Of a DNA stretch of 64,000 bases, positions 1 through 9,467 are shown piece after piece; the stretch's first letter is position 1, and the number at the start of each line of letters is the position of its first letter. Both the position numbers and the translations under genes were made by a program. A model generated the notes under the pieces. The model saw nothing but the letters and a program-made list of their open reading frames with translations. It was not told where the DNA came from and searched no databases. This DNA is from Omnitrophica WOR_2 bacterium RIFCSPHIGHO2_02_FULL_50_17. Lineage in GTDB: Bacteria > Omnitrophota > Gorgyraeia > Zapsychrales > Zapsychraceae. The stretch covers positions 267 to 64,266 of the forward strand of contig MHGQ01000032.1 of assembly GCA_001805645.1 (NCBI GenBank), given 5' to 3'.

Positions 1-1008
1 ACCGCTCGTATTTGTCGCTTTGGTCTTTGTAGGTTTTAACGACGATAAAAGAACACGGCTTGAGCAGTTTTTCCACAAAGCGTTTGGCTCTACGCCCCAG
101 GCGCGTATCGAGTTCCGGCGCGTTAATGCCGCGCAGGCGCACTTTCTTGCGCGCCTCGGTGTCAAAACCGCAATCGATCACGACCCACAGGGTGTCCGCG
201 TCCACGACGCGTTCCACTTCCGCCTTGTAGGTAAAAAGTTCTTTGGGATCGTTGTTCGGCGCCGGCCGCAGGCGGTGATTTTCGTCGTCAATTTTAATGG
301 AGGTATAAATCGTGTCGGGGCTGACTTTCTGTGGAGTCTCTCCCGACGCGCCATCTTCGATGTCGGTCGGGACTCCGACCGAGGCTTTAGTCGAGCGCCG
401 GAGTAACGCGATCGTGCGCCAGACGTTGAAACCGCAGTCAATCTTCACCTTCTTCACCGGGCATTTGTCCTTCGGAGAAGCGGGCTTTTTCGCCGGAACG
501 CTTCTGTAGGTGAACAATTTTCCGCGCTCGGCGGTCAGTTTTGGAATCGGCTGATGGACGGCAGGAATTTTGTGGTCGACTTTGTACCGGGCAACTTCCC
601 TTCGCAGCTGGCGGGTATTAAGGTTTTCGCGCAGCGACTTTCCTGCCAGTTCGCGCCTTGCCGACGGGTCAGGCAGACCCAGCAGGGTGCGGTAATGGGT
701 CCAGGTCAATTGTGAGCGCGCGCTCACAATTGGAAATTTGCGGGAAAACTCAACACTGTGACGAAGCGTTCGCTTATCAATATTCAAATCTTCGGCAAGT
801 TTTTCGTAGACGCGCTCGCCGTAGCCGGCGCGATCTTTGCCCTGCAGGATAAATTCTGATATATATTTTCCGACTTTCCAGTTCGTGACCGCCTCGGCCT
901 GCTGCATCAGCTTTTTGCCGGCGGCGATCTCGGCGCGAATCGCTTTCAAAAGGCGCGCGTACGCGGCGGGGTCAACGGTGAGCGCTTTAAAATTTTTCAA
1001 GGGCGTGT
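1..1008 (-). CDS. 3'-partial gene: DUF1016_N (YhcG-type N-terminal domain) fused to tandem staphylococcal-nuclease (SNase/thermonuclease)-like repeats
   Basis: Minus-strand ORF not in the ORF track because it starts at TTG (~1006-1008) and runs off the window. AGGAGG lies 8 nt upstream of the TTG. Translation LKNFKALTVDPAAYARLLKAIRAEIAAGKK...GYGERVYEKLAEDL...FSRKFP...QLTWTHYRTLLGL...SLRENLNTRQLRREV matches DUF1016_N consensus features. Downstream, KELFTYKAEVERVVDADTLWVVIDCGFDTEARKKVRLRGINAPELDT...YKDQSDKYER is a canonical SNase core (DxDT...RLxGIDAPE...D.YGR), preceded by a degenerate copy GKLFTYRSV...KKVKIDCGFNVWRTIAL. The plus-strand ORFs 20-406, 312-509, 658-852 and 837-1019 are its antisense artifacts. 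Confidence 0.6.
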
Positions 1009-1041
1009 CCTCCTGTTGAAGGTTCGAAGCTAACTCACGCT

Positions 1042-1069
1042 TTATAACATTTTCTAACGCAATTGTCCA
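1042..1069 (-). promoter_or_regulatory. Putative sigma70 promoter for the DUF1016_N-SNase gene (TGGACA-16-TTATAA on the minus strand)
   Basis: Minus strand reads TGGACA attgcgttagaaaatg TTATAA, ending ~35 nt upstream of the AGGAGG...TTG start. Confidence 0.35.
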
Positions 1070-1130
1070 GCGCAGGCATCCTTCTGGGTGGGATATGCAG
1101 GGAATTTATACGGGGCAATGCAGAGGGGGA

Positions 1131-1168
1131 TTAAAAAAGGGCGGAGGGATTTTCATCCCTCCGCCCTT
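1131..1168 (-). terminator. Rho-independent terminator for the 1197-1622 gene
   Basis: Perfect 13-bp stem aagggcggaggga / tccctccgccctt (1137-1149 and 1156-1168) with loop ttttca. On the minus strand it is followed by UUUUUU (1133-1138). It lies 29 nt downstream of the stop at 1197. Confidence 0.6.
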
Positions 1169-1196
1169 GGGGTCTGCTGTGGCGCAGCAAGCCCCG

Positions 1197-1622
1197 CTAG
1201 TCAGAACCGCTGACTTGTTGGGGGAGAAAAGATTTCTTCCAGGAGATCTGGACGTTCAAACAATGGTGAAAATACACCTTGGCCATCCATTCACCGTTAG
1301 CCGTATAAAAAATCCCCTTGACCTGAAAGGTGAATTTCTCGATTTTGTGTTCCGTGTCAAAATGTTTGCGGATATAAATCTGCGGCGGGGCAACAGGGAT
1401 GTCCACCGTCTCCGTGCGAGAGACATTATAGAGGAAGCTCTTTCTCACACGCGTCCTGCTGTCTGGGTCCTCCGTGTGCGCGCTGATGGTGATGAGCTTC
1501 AGCCCCTTGTGAAGATCGCTTCGCTTTTTGTGGAGCAATTCCTTCATCGATTCCTCCATCCCGTCGCTACAACCTGCCTCACATAACCAAAGAAAGTATA
1601 ACATCCCAAAGGCTTCCCACAA
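1197..1622 (-). CDS. Hypothetical protein (~120-141 aa); start ambiguous (TTG at 1622, ATG MLYF..., or ATG MEESMKELL at ~1559)
   Basis: It is preferred over the overlapping plus ORF 1095-1586 because a strong minus-strand terminator follows and flanking genes are minus-strand. The plus ORF looks like an arginine-rich antisense artifact. No confident family; a QueF/T-fold-like resemblance is weak and not claimed. Confidence 0.45.
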   Translation of the reverse strand: MWEAFGMLYFLWLCEAGCSDGMEESMKELLHKKRSDLHKGLKLITISAHTEDPDSRTRVRKSFLYNVSRTETVDIPVAPPQIYIRKHFDTEHKIEKFTFQVKGIFYTANGEWMAKVYFHHCLNVQISWKKSFLPQQVSGSD

Positions 1623-1722
1623 GAGGGTTTGGCCTGTTTGGAGAAAACGTTTTCCTGAAATTTATCCGCCGAGAATTAAGGAAAAAAGGGGGAATGCGGT
1701 GTAAAATAATTTTTTTTAGAAC

Positions 1723-2346
1723 TCACTTTTTCTTTCGGAAGAGAGAAACACGCGGCTCTTGGCCGGAGAGGAGGCGCTTAATGTTGGGGCGGTGCCGCAG
1801 GACGACAAAAAGGCAGAAAATCACGCCCAAGCAGATGATCTCAATGGGCTGATTCGTCCCTGCCATCATAAGAGGAAGAAGGACGCTGGCCACGATGGAA
1901 GATAGAGAGACATAACCCGTAGAAAGAAAACACACGAGCCATACGCAAACCGTTCCTAAAAGCACGGGACGGATGACGGCAATTTTTATCGTAAGCCCTA
2001 TGAGCGCGCCGAGGCTGGTGGCGATACCCTTGCCTCCTTTGAAGTTCAAAAAGACCGTCCAATTGTGGCCGCTGACAACAACGAGCGCCAGGATGACGCG
2101 GTGGATCACCTCTGTGACCCTCAAGAAATCAGGGACGACCGCAACGGCCAAGACACCTTTCAGGATATCACAGATGAGAACGGTTGCGCCGGCGCCTTTC
2201 CCCAAGACACGAAAGACGTTGGTCGCCCCCACATTACCCGAGCCATGGCGGCGTATGTCGATGCGCTTGGAAAGTTTTCCGTAGATATAGGCCGTGGGGA
2301 TGGCCCCGATGAGATAACTGATGATCATGCCTAAAAGAATCCTCAC
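1723..2346 (-). CDS. plsY: Glycerol-3-phosphate acyltransferase PlsY (acyl-phosphate:G3P acyltransferase)
   Basis: 207 aa multi-TM; N-terminus MRILLGMIISYLIGAIPTAYIYGK and the RRHGSGNVGATN motif are typical of PlsY. Confidence 0.9.
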   Translation of the reverse strand: MRILLGMIISYLIGAIPTAYIYGKLSKRIDIRRHGSGNVGATNVFRVLGKGAGATVLICDILKGVLAVAVVPDFLRVTEVIHRVILALVVVSGHNWTVFLNFKGGKGIATSLGALIGLTIKIAVIRPVLLGTVCVWLVCFLSTGYVSLSSIVASVLLPLMMAGTNQPIEIICLGVIFCLFVVLRHRPNIKRLLSGQEPRVSLFRKKK

Positions 2347-2906
2347 GCAACCCCTCCGTTATTGATAATCCGGATCCCTTTACGGATATAATCCACGCCG
2401 GAGATGCCGGTTAAGACAACCGTCGGATACCAAAAGACGGACGAAAACGGCCATTGGAGGAGAACACCCATAATGGTCAGAATCTGGAAAAACGCCGTGG
2501 CCTTTCCCCAGAGGGTTACCTCAATCGTTCCCTCATAATCAAAAAGGCGGATAATCACCGACCCGGAAAGCAGGATAACATCCCGGCTGATGACGGCCAC
2601 CACCAGCCAAATGGGAAACCGAATGACCTCAAAAGAGACGCCGATCTTATAGAGAGAAATAAAGGCGCTGATAAGAAGCAGCTTGTCCGCCAAAGGGTCC
2701 AAGATGGCCCCTGCCTTTGTCTTCTGGTGATGGCGTCTGGCGATATAGCCGTCAATGACATCCGAGACAACGGCAAAGAGGAATATCCCCAAAGCCACAA
2801 AACGCAGGTGATCCTTCGCCGGCGTATAGTAAAGGATAGTCGCGATAAAAAACGGCACGGCCAAAATGCGGCAGACCGTAATCTTATTGGCAAAAGTCAA
2901 GGCCAT
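2343..2906 (-). CDS. pgsA: CDP-diacylglycerol--glycerol-3-phosphate 3-phosphatidyltransferase (CDP-alcohol phosphatidyltransferase family)
   Basis: DG(x)2AR...G...D(x)3D motif: DVIDGYIARRHHQKTKAGAILDPLADKLL. 4-bp ATGA overlap with plsY. Confidence 0.9.
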   Translation of the reverse strand: MALTFANKITVCRILAVPFFIATILYYTPAKDHLRFVALGIFLFAVVSDVIDGYIARRHHQKTKAGAILDPLADKLLLISAFISLYKIGVSFEVIRFPIWLVVAVISRDVILLSGSVIIRLFDYEGTIEVTLWGKATAFFQILTIMGVLLQWPFSSVFWYPTVVLTGISGVDYIRKGIRIINNGGVA

Positions 2907-2967
2907 CGTATTCCCTCTTCATTCCTTCTTAAAATTTTGAAAAATTTTTAAGAACCTCGAAACCCGT

Positions 2968-3345
2968 TCACGGCTGAGAGGTCTCCATGGTCTTTAAGGG
3001 CACCTTATGGAGGGGGCAAACGGCTAAATGGGGGGCGTAATGCTCTCCTCCCGCGGGGCAGTATTTGGCCCGCGCCTGTTGACCGCCCACGGCATCCGCG
3101 ATACTTTGAATGGCGGTCTGGGCCTCTTTGTCTGTCTTTATCTGCTGCTCCAACTGACGTATCTCTTCTTCGCTTAACGCCCGGCCGGCTAGAGCCTCTG
3201 TCATGGAAACCAATGCCCGGCGGCCATCTCCTCCGGTTTCCAGGCTGTGTCTGCGGCGGGACATCGTCTGACAGCCTGTCACACAAGACAGAAGTATCAT
3301 CACGCAAAAAAGACGATAGAGGACTGCTGGCATCGCGTTTTTCAT
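2968..3345 (-). CDS. Small lipoprotein with C-terminal Cys-rich (zinc-ribbon-like) segment
   Basis: Signal peptide plus lipobox ...VMILLSCVTGC; C-terminal CPAGGEHYAPHLAVCPLH. 4-bp overlap with lepB stop. Confidence 0.6.
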   Translation of the reverse strand: MKNAMPAVLYRLFCVMILLSCVTGCQTMSRRRHSLETGGDGRRALVSMTEALAGRALSEEEIRQLEQQIKTDKEAQTAIQSIADAVGGQQARAKYCPAGGEHYAPHLAVCPLHKVPLKTMETSQP

Positions 3346-3959
3346 TCCAAAAACCGCAGGCGGTCAAACGGCCAATAGATAAATTCCGCCCGGCCGATAA
3401 TATTCTCCTGTGGGACAAAACCCCAAAACCGGCTGTCATGACTGGAGGCGCTGTTGTCCCCCAAGACGTAGACATACCCTTCGGGCACCTTGACTATCTG
3501 TCCCTCCATGCCGTAATTGCCGCGGTTGTAGTAATAATTCTTTTTCACCTCCGGCTCATCGATGCGCCGGCCGTTAATATAAATATCGCCCTCTCGTATC
3601 TCAACGCTCTCGCCGCCGAAGGCAATGAGACGTTTGATAAAATCCCTCTTAGGGTCTTCGGGATAGACAAAAACAATAATGTCCCCTCTTTGCGGTTTGG
3701 AAAACCCCGGCAGGCGCTTCATGGTAAAAAGGATTTTGCCGCCGTAACGAACCGTTAGTTTAGGCCCGTAACGGAGCTTATTGACCATCAGCCTGTCGCC
3801 AATCACAAGGGTGGGGATCATCGAGCCGCTGGGGATCTTAAAGGCCTGGATAAAAAATGTCCGGATAAACATCGCCAGGACAAAGGCGATGACAATGGAT
3901 TCCACCCATTCGCGGGCAGCGGATTTTTGGATTCTCTTGGGATTTAATTTTGCGGTCAT
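3342..3959 (-). CDS. lepB: Signal peptidase I (S26 family)
   Basis: SGSMIPTLVIGDRLMVNK (SMxPTL box) and GDNSASSHDSRFWGFVPQENIIGRAEFIYWP (GDN...SxDSR box). The ORF-track entry 3342-4088 is a 5' over-extension. The real start MTAKLNPK at 3959 forms an ATGA overlap with the lepA stop. Confidence 0.9.
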   Translation of the reverse strand: MTAKLNPKRIQKSAAREWVESIVIAFVLAMFIRTFFIQAFKIPSGSMIPTLVIGDRLMVNKLRYGPKLTVRYGGKILFTMKRLPGFSKPQRGDIIVFVYPEDPKRDFIKRLIAFGGESVEIREGDIYINGRRIDEPEVKKNYYYNRGNYGMEGQIVKVPEGYVYVLGDNSASSHDSRFWGFVPQENIIGRAEFIYWPFDRLRFLE

Positions 3960-5749
3960 CACAGTTTTAAGGCGGCCAGAAACGCCTCCTGGGGGATCTC
4001 GACATTCCCCACCTGTTTCATGCGTTTCTTGCCCTCTTTCTGTTTCTCCCAGAGTTTCTTCTTGCGCGTGATATCCCCGCCGTAACATTTGGCGGTGACA
4101 TTTTTGCCCATCGGCTGAACCCGGGCGCTGGAGACAATCCGCCCGTCGCAGGAAGCCTGAATGCGCACCTCAAACAACTGCCGCGGAATAAGCTCTTTGA
4201 GTTTCGTCACCAAGGCCAGCCCCTTGTCATAGGCGGTCTCCTTATGGACCAGGCAGGAAAAGGCATCGCAGATTTTATCGTTAATCAGAATATCCAGCTT
4301 GGAAATTTTCGCGTCTGCGTAACCCTTAAACTGATAATCAATAGAGCCATACCCTTGCGTAATGGATTTAATCATATCGCTGAAATCGACAATCACCTCC
4401 GAGAGGGGAATATCAAAAACAATCTTCATCCTGTCCGAGACATATTCGCTGCCGACAAAGACACCCCGTTTGCGTTTCGCGCTTTCCATGAGGCTGTCCA
4501 TATAGACAACCGGCGTTAAGATGGTCACAACCAGGAAAGGCTCCTCGATCTTGGTAATCTGCGACTGATCCGGCAATTGCGACGGGCATTCCAGCGTGAC
4601 GGTTGCGCCGTCTTTGGTCTGCACCCGGTACTGGACATTGGGCGTTGTCAAAATCAAGTTCAGGTCATACTCCCGCTGGAGGCGCTGCTGGACGATATCC
4701 ATGTGAAGGAGCCCCAGAAAACCGCAGCGAAAGCCGTTGCCGAAGGATTGGGACGTCTCCAGTTCATAGACAAAACTCGGATCGCTCAGGCGCAGTTTTT
4801 CAATGGCCTCTCTGAGCGCCATAAAGTCCTTTGAATTCACCGGATAAACGCCGCAAAATACCAGCGGATTTAACTGCCGGTATCCCTTCAAAGGCTCCGA
4901 AGCCGGCCGGCCGGCCTCTGTAACCGTATCCCCGACCCTGACCTCGCGGGGCTCGTGGATGTTGCAGGTGATATAGCCGACGTCGCCGCTTGTTAATTCC
5001 TTGACGGCAAAAGCCTCGGGCTTAAAGATGCCGATTTCCTCCAGCGTATATTCTTTGCCCATATGCATCATCTTAATGCGCATATGCCCCGTTAAAACGC
5101 CGTTGACGACCCGCACATAAATGATGATCCCTTTATAGATATCATATTTCATATCAAAGATAAGGGCCTGCAAGGGCGCTGTGTTGTCTCCCTCCGGCGG
5201 CGGCATAAAAGAGACAATCTTCTCAAAGAGTTCCTTAATGCCTATTCCCTCCTTGGCCGAGACCATCTGGATATCCTCTTCCTTAAAATTAAAAATTTCC
5301 ATGAGCTGGAGCTTGGCATGGTCCACATCGATATTGACGATATCAATCTTGTTGATGACGGGCAGGATTTCCAGGTTATTGTCAACAGCCAGATAAAAAT
5401 TGGCAACCGTCTGGGATTCGACCCCTTGAGAGGCATCCACCACCAACAGCGCCCCCTCGCAGGCACGCAAAGACTTTTCCACTTCATACGAAAAATCGAC
5501 ATGCCCCGGCGTATCGATGAGGTTGAAAATATACTCCTTGCCGTTATCGGCCTTGTAGGTAATTTTGACCGCCGAGGCCTTAATCGTGATGCCGCGCTCG
5601 CGCTCTAAGTCCATGTCATCCAGCATCTGATGGCGGAACTTGCGCTCGTCAATGGCCCCCGTCTGCAAGAGCAGCCGGTCGGCCAGGGTCGACTTGCCGT
5701 GATCGATGTGCGCGATAATCGAAAAATTGCGGATGAGAGATTTATCCAT
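3959..5749 (-). CDS. lepA: Elongation factor 4 (LepA)
   Basis: 596 aa, MDKSLIRNFSIIAHIDHGKSTLADRLL G-domain and a LepA-specific C-terminus. Confidence 0.97.
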   Translation of the reverse strand: MDKSLIRNFSIIAHIDHGKSTLADRLLLQTGAIDERKFRHQMLDDMDLERERGITIKASAVKITYKADNGKEYIFNLIDTPGHVDFSYEVEKSLRACEGALLVVDASQGVESQTVANFYLAVDNNLEILPVINKIDIVNIDVDHAKLQLMEIFNFKEEDIQMVSAKEGIGIKELFEKIVSFMPPPEGDNTAPLQALIFDMKYDIYKGIIIYVRVVNGVLTGHMRIKMMHMGKEYTLEEIGIFKPEAFAVKELTSGDVGYITCNIHEPREVRVGDTVTEAGRPASEPLKGYRQLNPLVFCGVYPVNSKDFMALREAIEKLRLSDPSFVYELETSQSFGNGFRCGFLGLLHMDIVQQRLQREYDLNLILTTPNVQYRVQTKDGATVTLECPSQLPDQSQITKIEEPFLVVTILTPVVYMDSLMESAKRKRGVFVGSEYVSDRMKIVFDIPLSEVIVDFSDMIKSITQGYGSIDYQFKGYADAKISKLDILINDKICDAFSCLVHKETAYDKGLALVTKLKELIPRQLFEVRIQASCDGRIVSSARVQPMGKNVTAKCYGGDITRKKKLWEKQKEGKKRMKQVGNVEIPQEAFLAALKL

Positions 5750-6416
5750 ATTTAATGTGTCTCAGCATTGCCTCCACGACCTCATCGGCACAGAGATGCG
5801 TTGAGTCAATGACGACGGCGTCCTCAGCCCTTTTTAACGGGCCGACACGGCGGGTCAAATCTTTATGATCCCTTTCTTCCAATTCTTTTTTGAGATTGCC
5901 GGCATCGACGGCCTGGCCTTTTTCCCTCAATTCTTTAATGCGCCGGCGGGAGCGCTCCTCGGGATCCGCATCCAAATAAAACTTATGGGTGGCCTTCGGA
6001 AATACAACCGTCCCCACATCGCGGCCTTCGGCAACAACGCTTCTCTTGGAGCCGATATCCCTCTGCCACTTAACCACAATCGCCCGCACACGCGGGGCAC
6101 GGGCAATATAAAAAGTCTTATTGGTTACCTCCATTGTGCGGATCTCCTCCGTGACGTCTTGTGCGTCCAAGAGAACCTTGACTTTTCCGTCCGGATAACG
6201 GCCAAAGTCGATTTTTGTCTCCTGCACCGCCTCCACCAGCTGCCCTTCGTCTTCCAAATCAACGCCTTGGCGCAGGACCTTCAATGTCAATGCCCTGTAC
6301 ATCGCCCCCGTATCCAGAAAAAAAATCCCGAGCCGCTGGGCGATTTCCCTGGCCACCGTGCTTTTCCCGGCCCCGGCCGGCCCGTCAATGGTAATCACAC
6401 GCATCCTCTCGGGCAT
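5742..6416 (-). CDS. cmk: Cytidylate kinase
   Basis: MRVITIDGPAGAGKSTVAREIAQRLGIFFLDTGAMYRA P-loop/CMP-kinase signature. Start may be the internal MRVIT... 8-nt overlap with lepA start. Confidence 0.93.
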   Translation of the reverse strand: MPERMRVITIDGPAGAGKSTVAREIAQRLGIFFLDTGAMYRALTLKVLRQGVDLEDEGQLVEAVQETKIDFGRYPDGKVKVLLDAQDVTEEIRTMEVTNKTFYIARAPRVRAIVVKWQRDIGSKRSVVAEGRDVGTVVFPKATHKFYLDADPEERSRRRIKELREKGQAVDAGNLKKELEERDHKDLTRRVGPLKRAEDAVVIDSTHLCADEVVEAMLRHIKYG

Positions 6417-6451
6417 AAAAAATTTTTCCTGTAAGCAGGGACGATCCGCTC

Positions 6452-7309
6452 CTACTGAAGCGTATCTCTTTTTTCTTTAGCCCTGGTGAAATGATTCATC
6501 AAGGTCTTCTGATCGCGGTTGATGACGGCTTTTCGAATCGACGAAAGATGTTTGACCACTTCATCCAGGGCGTGCAAAATGTTCTTGGAATTCGCCATAC
6601 AGATATCATTCCACATCTGGGGGGACGAGGCGGCAATCCGCGTGGAATCCTTGAGCCCTTGCGGGGCGTAGGGAAGAGATTCCTGAGGGATAGACTCCAT
6701 CAAGACATAAGCCAAAAGATGCGGCAAGTGGCTGACCTGGGCTAAAATCCGGTCGTGTTCTTCGGGAGACAAAAACTCGACCTTAGCGCCCAGCTTGGTC
6801 CATAGATGCTTTATCTTCTCTTTCGCCACAGGACTGGTTTTAGAGGTCGGCGTCATGATACAGCGGGTGTTTTCAAACAATTCGGCGCGGGCGTATTCCA
6901 CCCCCTTTTTCTCCGAACCCGTGAGGGGATGGGACCCGACGAAAAGTCCGGGCAAGGAAAGGGTGCTTTCCGCCTTTTCGACAATCTCCAGCTTGGCGCT
7001 GCCTAAATCCGTGATGAGACAGCCGCGCCGTAAAGACGCACTAATAGTGGGAAGAAGCTGCAGGATAGTCTGTACGGGTGTGGCGAGAACAACCAGATCG
7101 GCATTGGCCACTCCCTGGGGGATATCCATAAACCCCATATCGATGGCCCCTTTTTGAATCGCCTGGTCCAGGGTTTGGGAATGGGTGGAGACGCCCACCA
7201 CCTCGCGGGCGAGTTGATATTTCTTTAAGGCCATCCCCAATGACCCGCCCATCAAACCCACACCCACAATCGCCACTCTTCTAAAAAAATGAGACCTTAA
7301 GAGCATCAT
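6452..7309 (-). CDS. tyrA: Prephenate/arogenate dehydrogenase
   Basis: Rossmann fold VAIVGVGLMGGSLGMAL plus TyrA-like core; sits in the aromatic amino-acid cluster. Confidence 0.85.
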   Translation of the reverse strand: MMLLRSHFFRRVAIVGVGLMGGSLGMALKKYQLAREVVGVSTHSQTLDQAIQKGAIDMGFMDIPQGVANADLVVLATPVQTILQLLPTISASLRRGCLITDLGSAKLEIVEKAESTLSLPGLFVGSHPLTGSEKKGVEYARAELFENTRCIMTPTSKTSPVAKEKIKHLWTKLGAKVEFLSPEEHDRILAQVSHLPHLLAYVLMESIPQESLPYAPQGLKDSTRIAASSPQMWNDICMANSKNILHALDEVVKHLSSIRKAVINRDQKTLMNHFTRAKEKRDTLQ

Positions 7310-7315
7310 GGTGTA

Positions 7316-8332
7316 TCAAATCTCTCTGGAAACGGCAGAGGCAATTTTTCTTAAATCGTTCATAAGCGCATCAAATTTTTCCGGAATCAGAGACTGCTGA
7401 CCGTCGGAAAAAGCCTCTTCCGGATTCTCATGCACCTCGATAATAAGCCCGTCACAACCTGCGGCCACCCCCGCCTTGGCGCCGCTTCCCACAAGCTCCC
7501 ATGTGCCGGTGGCGTGGCTGGGGTCCACCACAACCGGCAAATGGGACAATCTCTTCACCAAAGGAATGGCATTGATATCCAGCGTGTTGCGTGTGGCCGT
7601 TTCAAAGGTGCGGATCCCCCGTTCGCACAATAAGACGTTAAAATTTCCGTTGGAGAGGATATACTCCGCGGACATCAGCCACTCCTTGACCGTGGCGCTG
7701 ATGCCTCTTTTTAACATGACCGGCTTATTGAGCTTACCGATATCCTTCAGGAGAGAAAAATTTTGCATATTGCGGGCGCCGATCTGCAGGATATCCGCAT
7801 ACTTACTGATGAGTTCCAGATCGCGCGGATCCATGACCTCTGTGATGGTGGCGAGTCCAAACTCTCTTCCCGCCTCTGCCAGATATTTTAAACCCTCCTC
7901 CCCCAACCCTTGAAAATCATAAGGGGATGTCCGCGGCTTGAAGGCCCCTCCGCGCAAGATAGTTGCCCCGGATTTCTTCACCTTTTGGGCGATGGAACGG
8001 ATGCCCTTGGCGCTCTCTATCGAACAGGGCCCGGCCATCACAGGAATCCGCCTGCCGCCGAATTCAACGCGGTCATTGATTTTAACAATTGAATTTTCCT
8101 TCTTGAATTCCCTGGAGACGAGCCTGTAAGGGGCAAGCACAGGAATGACGCGCTCAACGCCGGGGAATACTTCCAACGGCGTCACCCGCAGCACATCCTC
8201 CGGCCCGATCAGACCGACAATCGTCCTTTCTGTCCCCCGGGAGATGTGCGCCTTGAGGCCAAGCTTTTCCGCCTTCTCGATAATATGGCTGATTTGTTGT
8301 TCGGTGGCATCCGCTTTTAAGACGATAATCAT
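7316..8332 (-). CDS. 3-deoxy-7-phosphoheptulonate (DAHP) synthase, type I-beta, with an N-terminal ~80-aa regulatory ferredoxin-like/ACT-like domain
   Basis: Core [12 protein letters not shown]...[23 protein letters not shown]...[10 protein letters not shown] is the DAHPS/KDO8PS fold; N-terminal extension [43 protein letters not shown]. Confidence 0.9.
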   Translation of the reverse strand: MIIVLKADATEQQISHIIEKAEKLGLKAHISRGTERTIVGLIGPEDVLRVTPLEVFPGVERVIPVLAPYRLVSREFKKENSIVKINDRVEFGGRRIPVMAGPCSIESAKGIRSIAQKVKKSGATILRGGAFKPRTSPYDFQGLGEEGLKYLAEAGREFGLATITEVMDPRDLELISKYADILQIGARNMQNFSLLKDIGKLNKPVMLKRGISATVKEWLMSAEYILSNGNFNVLLCERGIRTFETATRNTLDINAIPLVKRLSHLPVVVDPSHATGTWELVGSGAKAGVAAGCDGLIIEVHENPEEAFSDGQQSLIPEKFDALMNDLRKIASAVSREI

Positions 8333-8336
8333 AGAA

Positions 8337-9419
8337 TCATATCTCCTTTAACGCTTTAAGAAATTTTCTGTTCTCCGGTTCCGTACCGATCGTCACACGG
8401 ATATAATTCTTTAATCCCCAAGGACGCATATCGCGCACGATGACACCCTTTTTCAACAAACGCCGGGCAACTCTGGAGGCATCCGTTTGCATATCAATTA
8501 AAACAAAATTCGTATAACTTTCAACATATTTTAGGCCTAAATTCCTAAGGTTATCATAAAGCCATCTGCGCTGCCGGTCAACCTTAAGCCCCACATTCCT
8601 GTAATAGGACTGGTCATTCAGGCAGGCGACGGCCGCTGTCTGGGCGAGGCTGTTGACATTAAACGGTTCACGCAGACGGTTGAGGCAGTCGATAACCTCC
8701 TCATCCGCAATTCCATAACCGATACGCAGGCCCGCCAGGCCGTACATCTTTGAAAAAGTGCGTGCGATGATTATGTTTTTATACGCCTTGAGAAGTTGAA
8801 CCGAATCCACGTAATCACGCGCCCTGACGTATTCGTAATAAGCCTCATCCATAAAGACCAGCACGTTTTTATGCAATCCTTTCAGGAAATCCTCCACCTG
8901 TCTCTGCGTAAGGTACTTCCCGGACGGATTATCGGGGTTCCCCAGAAAAACGATCCTGGTTCTCGGGGTAACGGCCCTCTTCATCGCCTGAAGGTCATAA
9001 CAAAAATCTTTCAGGGCAACGGCCTTGACCCTGGCCCCCGCGATCCTTGAGGCGATTTCATAAATCAGAAACGACGGTTTGGCTACAACCACCTCATCGC
9101 CCTCCCGGACAAAGGCCCGGACCGCAAGGACAATAATCTCGTCGGAACCGTTGCCGAAGACCAGCTGCTGCGGCGCGACCCGCAGCCGGTGGGAAAGCAT
9201 CCGGCGCAGATGGTAACAACCGCTGTCGGGGTAACGATTGACCTGTTTGAGCGCTTTAACAACGGCCCTGAGCGCTTGAGGAGAGGGGCCGAAAGGATTT
9301 TCATTAGAGGCTAACTTGATAACGCGTGTTAATCCCAGCTCCCGTTTAACTTCCTCAATGGGCTTGCCCGGTACATACGGCCGGATATTAAAAATCGTTT
9401 TCTTAGCAAGGCGTCTCAT
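8337..9419 (-). CDS. hisC: Histidinol-phosphate/aromatic aminotransferase (class II PLP aminotransferase)
   Basis: [13 protein letters not shown]...NPDNPSG...[14 protein letters not shown] (PLP-lysine region). Context suggests it may act in Phe/Tyr synthesis. Confidence 0.88.
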   Translation of the reverse strand: MRRLAKKTIFNIRPYVPGKPIEEVKRELGLTRVIKLASNENPFGPSPQALRAVVKALKQVNRYPDSGCYHLRRMLSHRLRVAPQQLVFGNGSDEIIVLAVRAFVREGDEVVVAKPSFLIYEIASRIAGARVKAVALKDFCYDLQAMKRAVTPRTRIVFLGNPDNPSGKYLTQRQVEDFLKGLHKNVLVFMDEAYYEYVRARDYVDSVQLLKAYKNIIIARTFSKMYGLAGLRIGYGIADEEVIDCLNRLREPFNVNSLAQTAAVACLNDQSYYRNVGLKVDRQRRWLYDNLRNLGLKYVESYTNFVLIDMQTDASRVARRLLKKGVIVRDMRPWGLKNYIRVTIGTEPENRKFLKALKEI

Positions 9420-9467
9420 CGTAAGTGTTCAGTGTTAAGTGTTACTTAACACATCTCAATCGCTTTT

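Noticed and set aside
1095-1586. 163-aa plus-strand ORF overlapping the 1197-1622 minus gene
   Set aside because: The minus-strand ORF is followed by a strong minus-strand terminator and is co-oriented with its neighbours. The plus translation is Arg/Gly-rich with poor composition.
1623-1722. Possible preQ1 or other riboswitch upstream of the 1197-1622 gene
   Set aside because: The leader does not contain the preQ1-I hairpin and A-rich tail consensus or any other aptamer signature I could recognise, and the gene's function is unknown.
3342-4088. ORF-track N-terminal extensions of lepB, pheA, yebC, smc, pgk, glgC, gmd, oppC, oppD, Wzy genes
   Set aside because: Each extension overlaps the upstream gene in another frame. 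An internal ATG with an RBS and/or an ATGA-type stop/start overlap gives the family-typical N-terminus. The coordinates were trimmed accordingly and the alternatives noted in the evidence.
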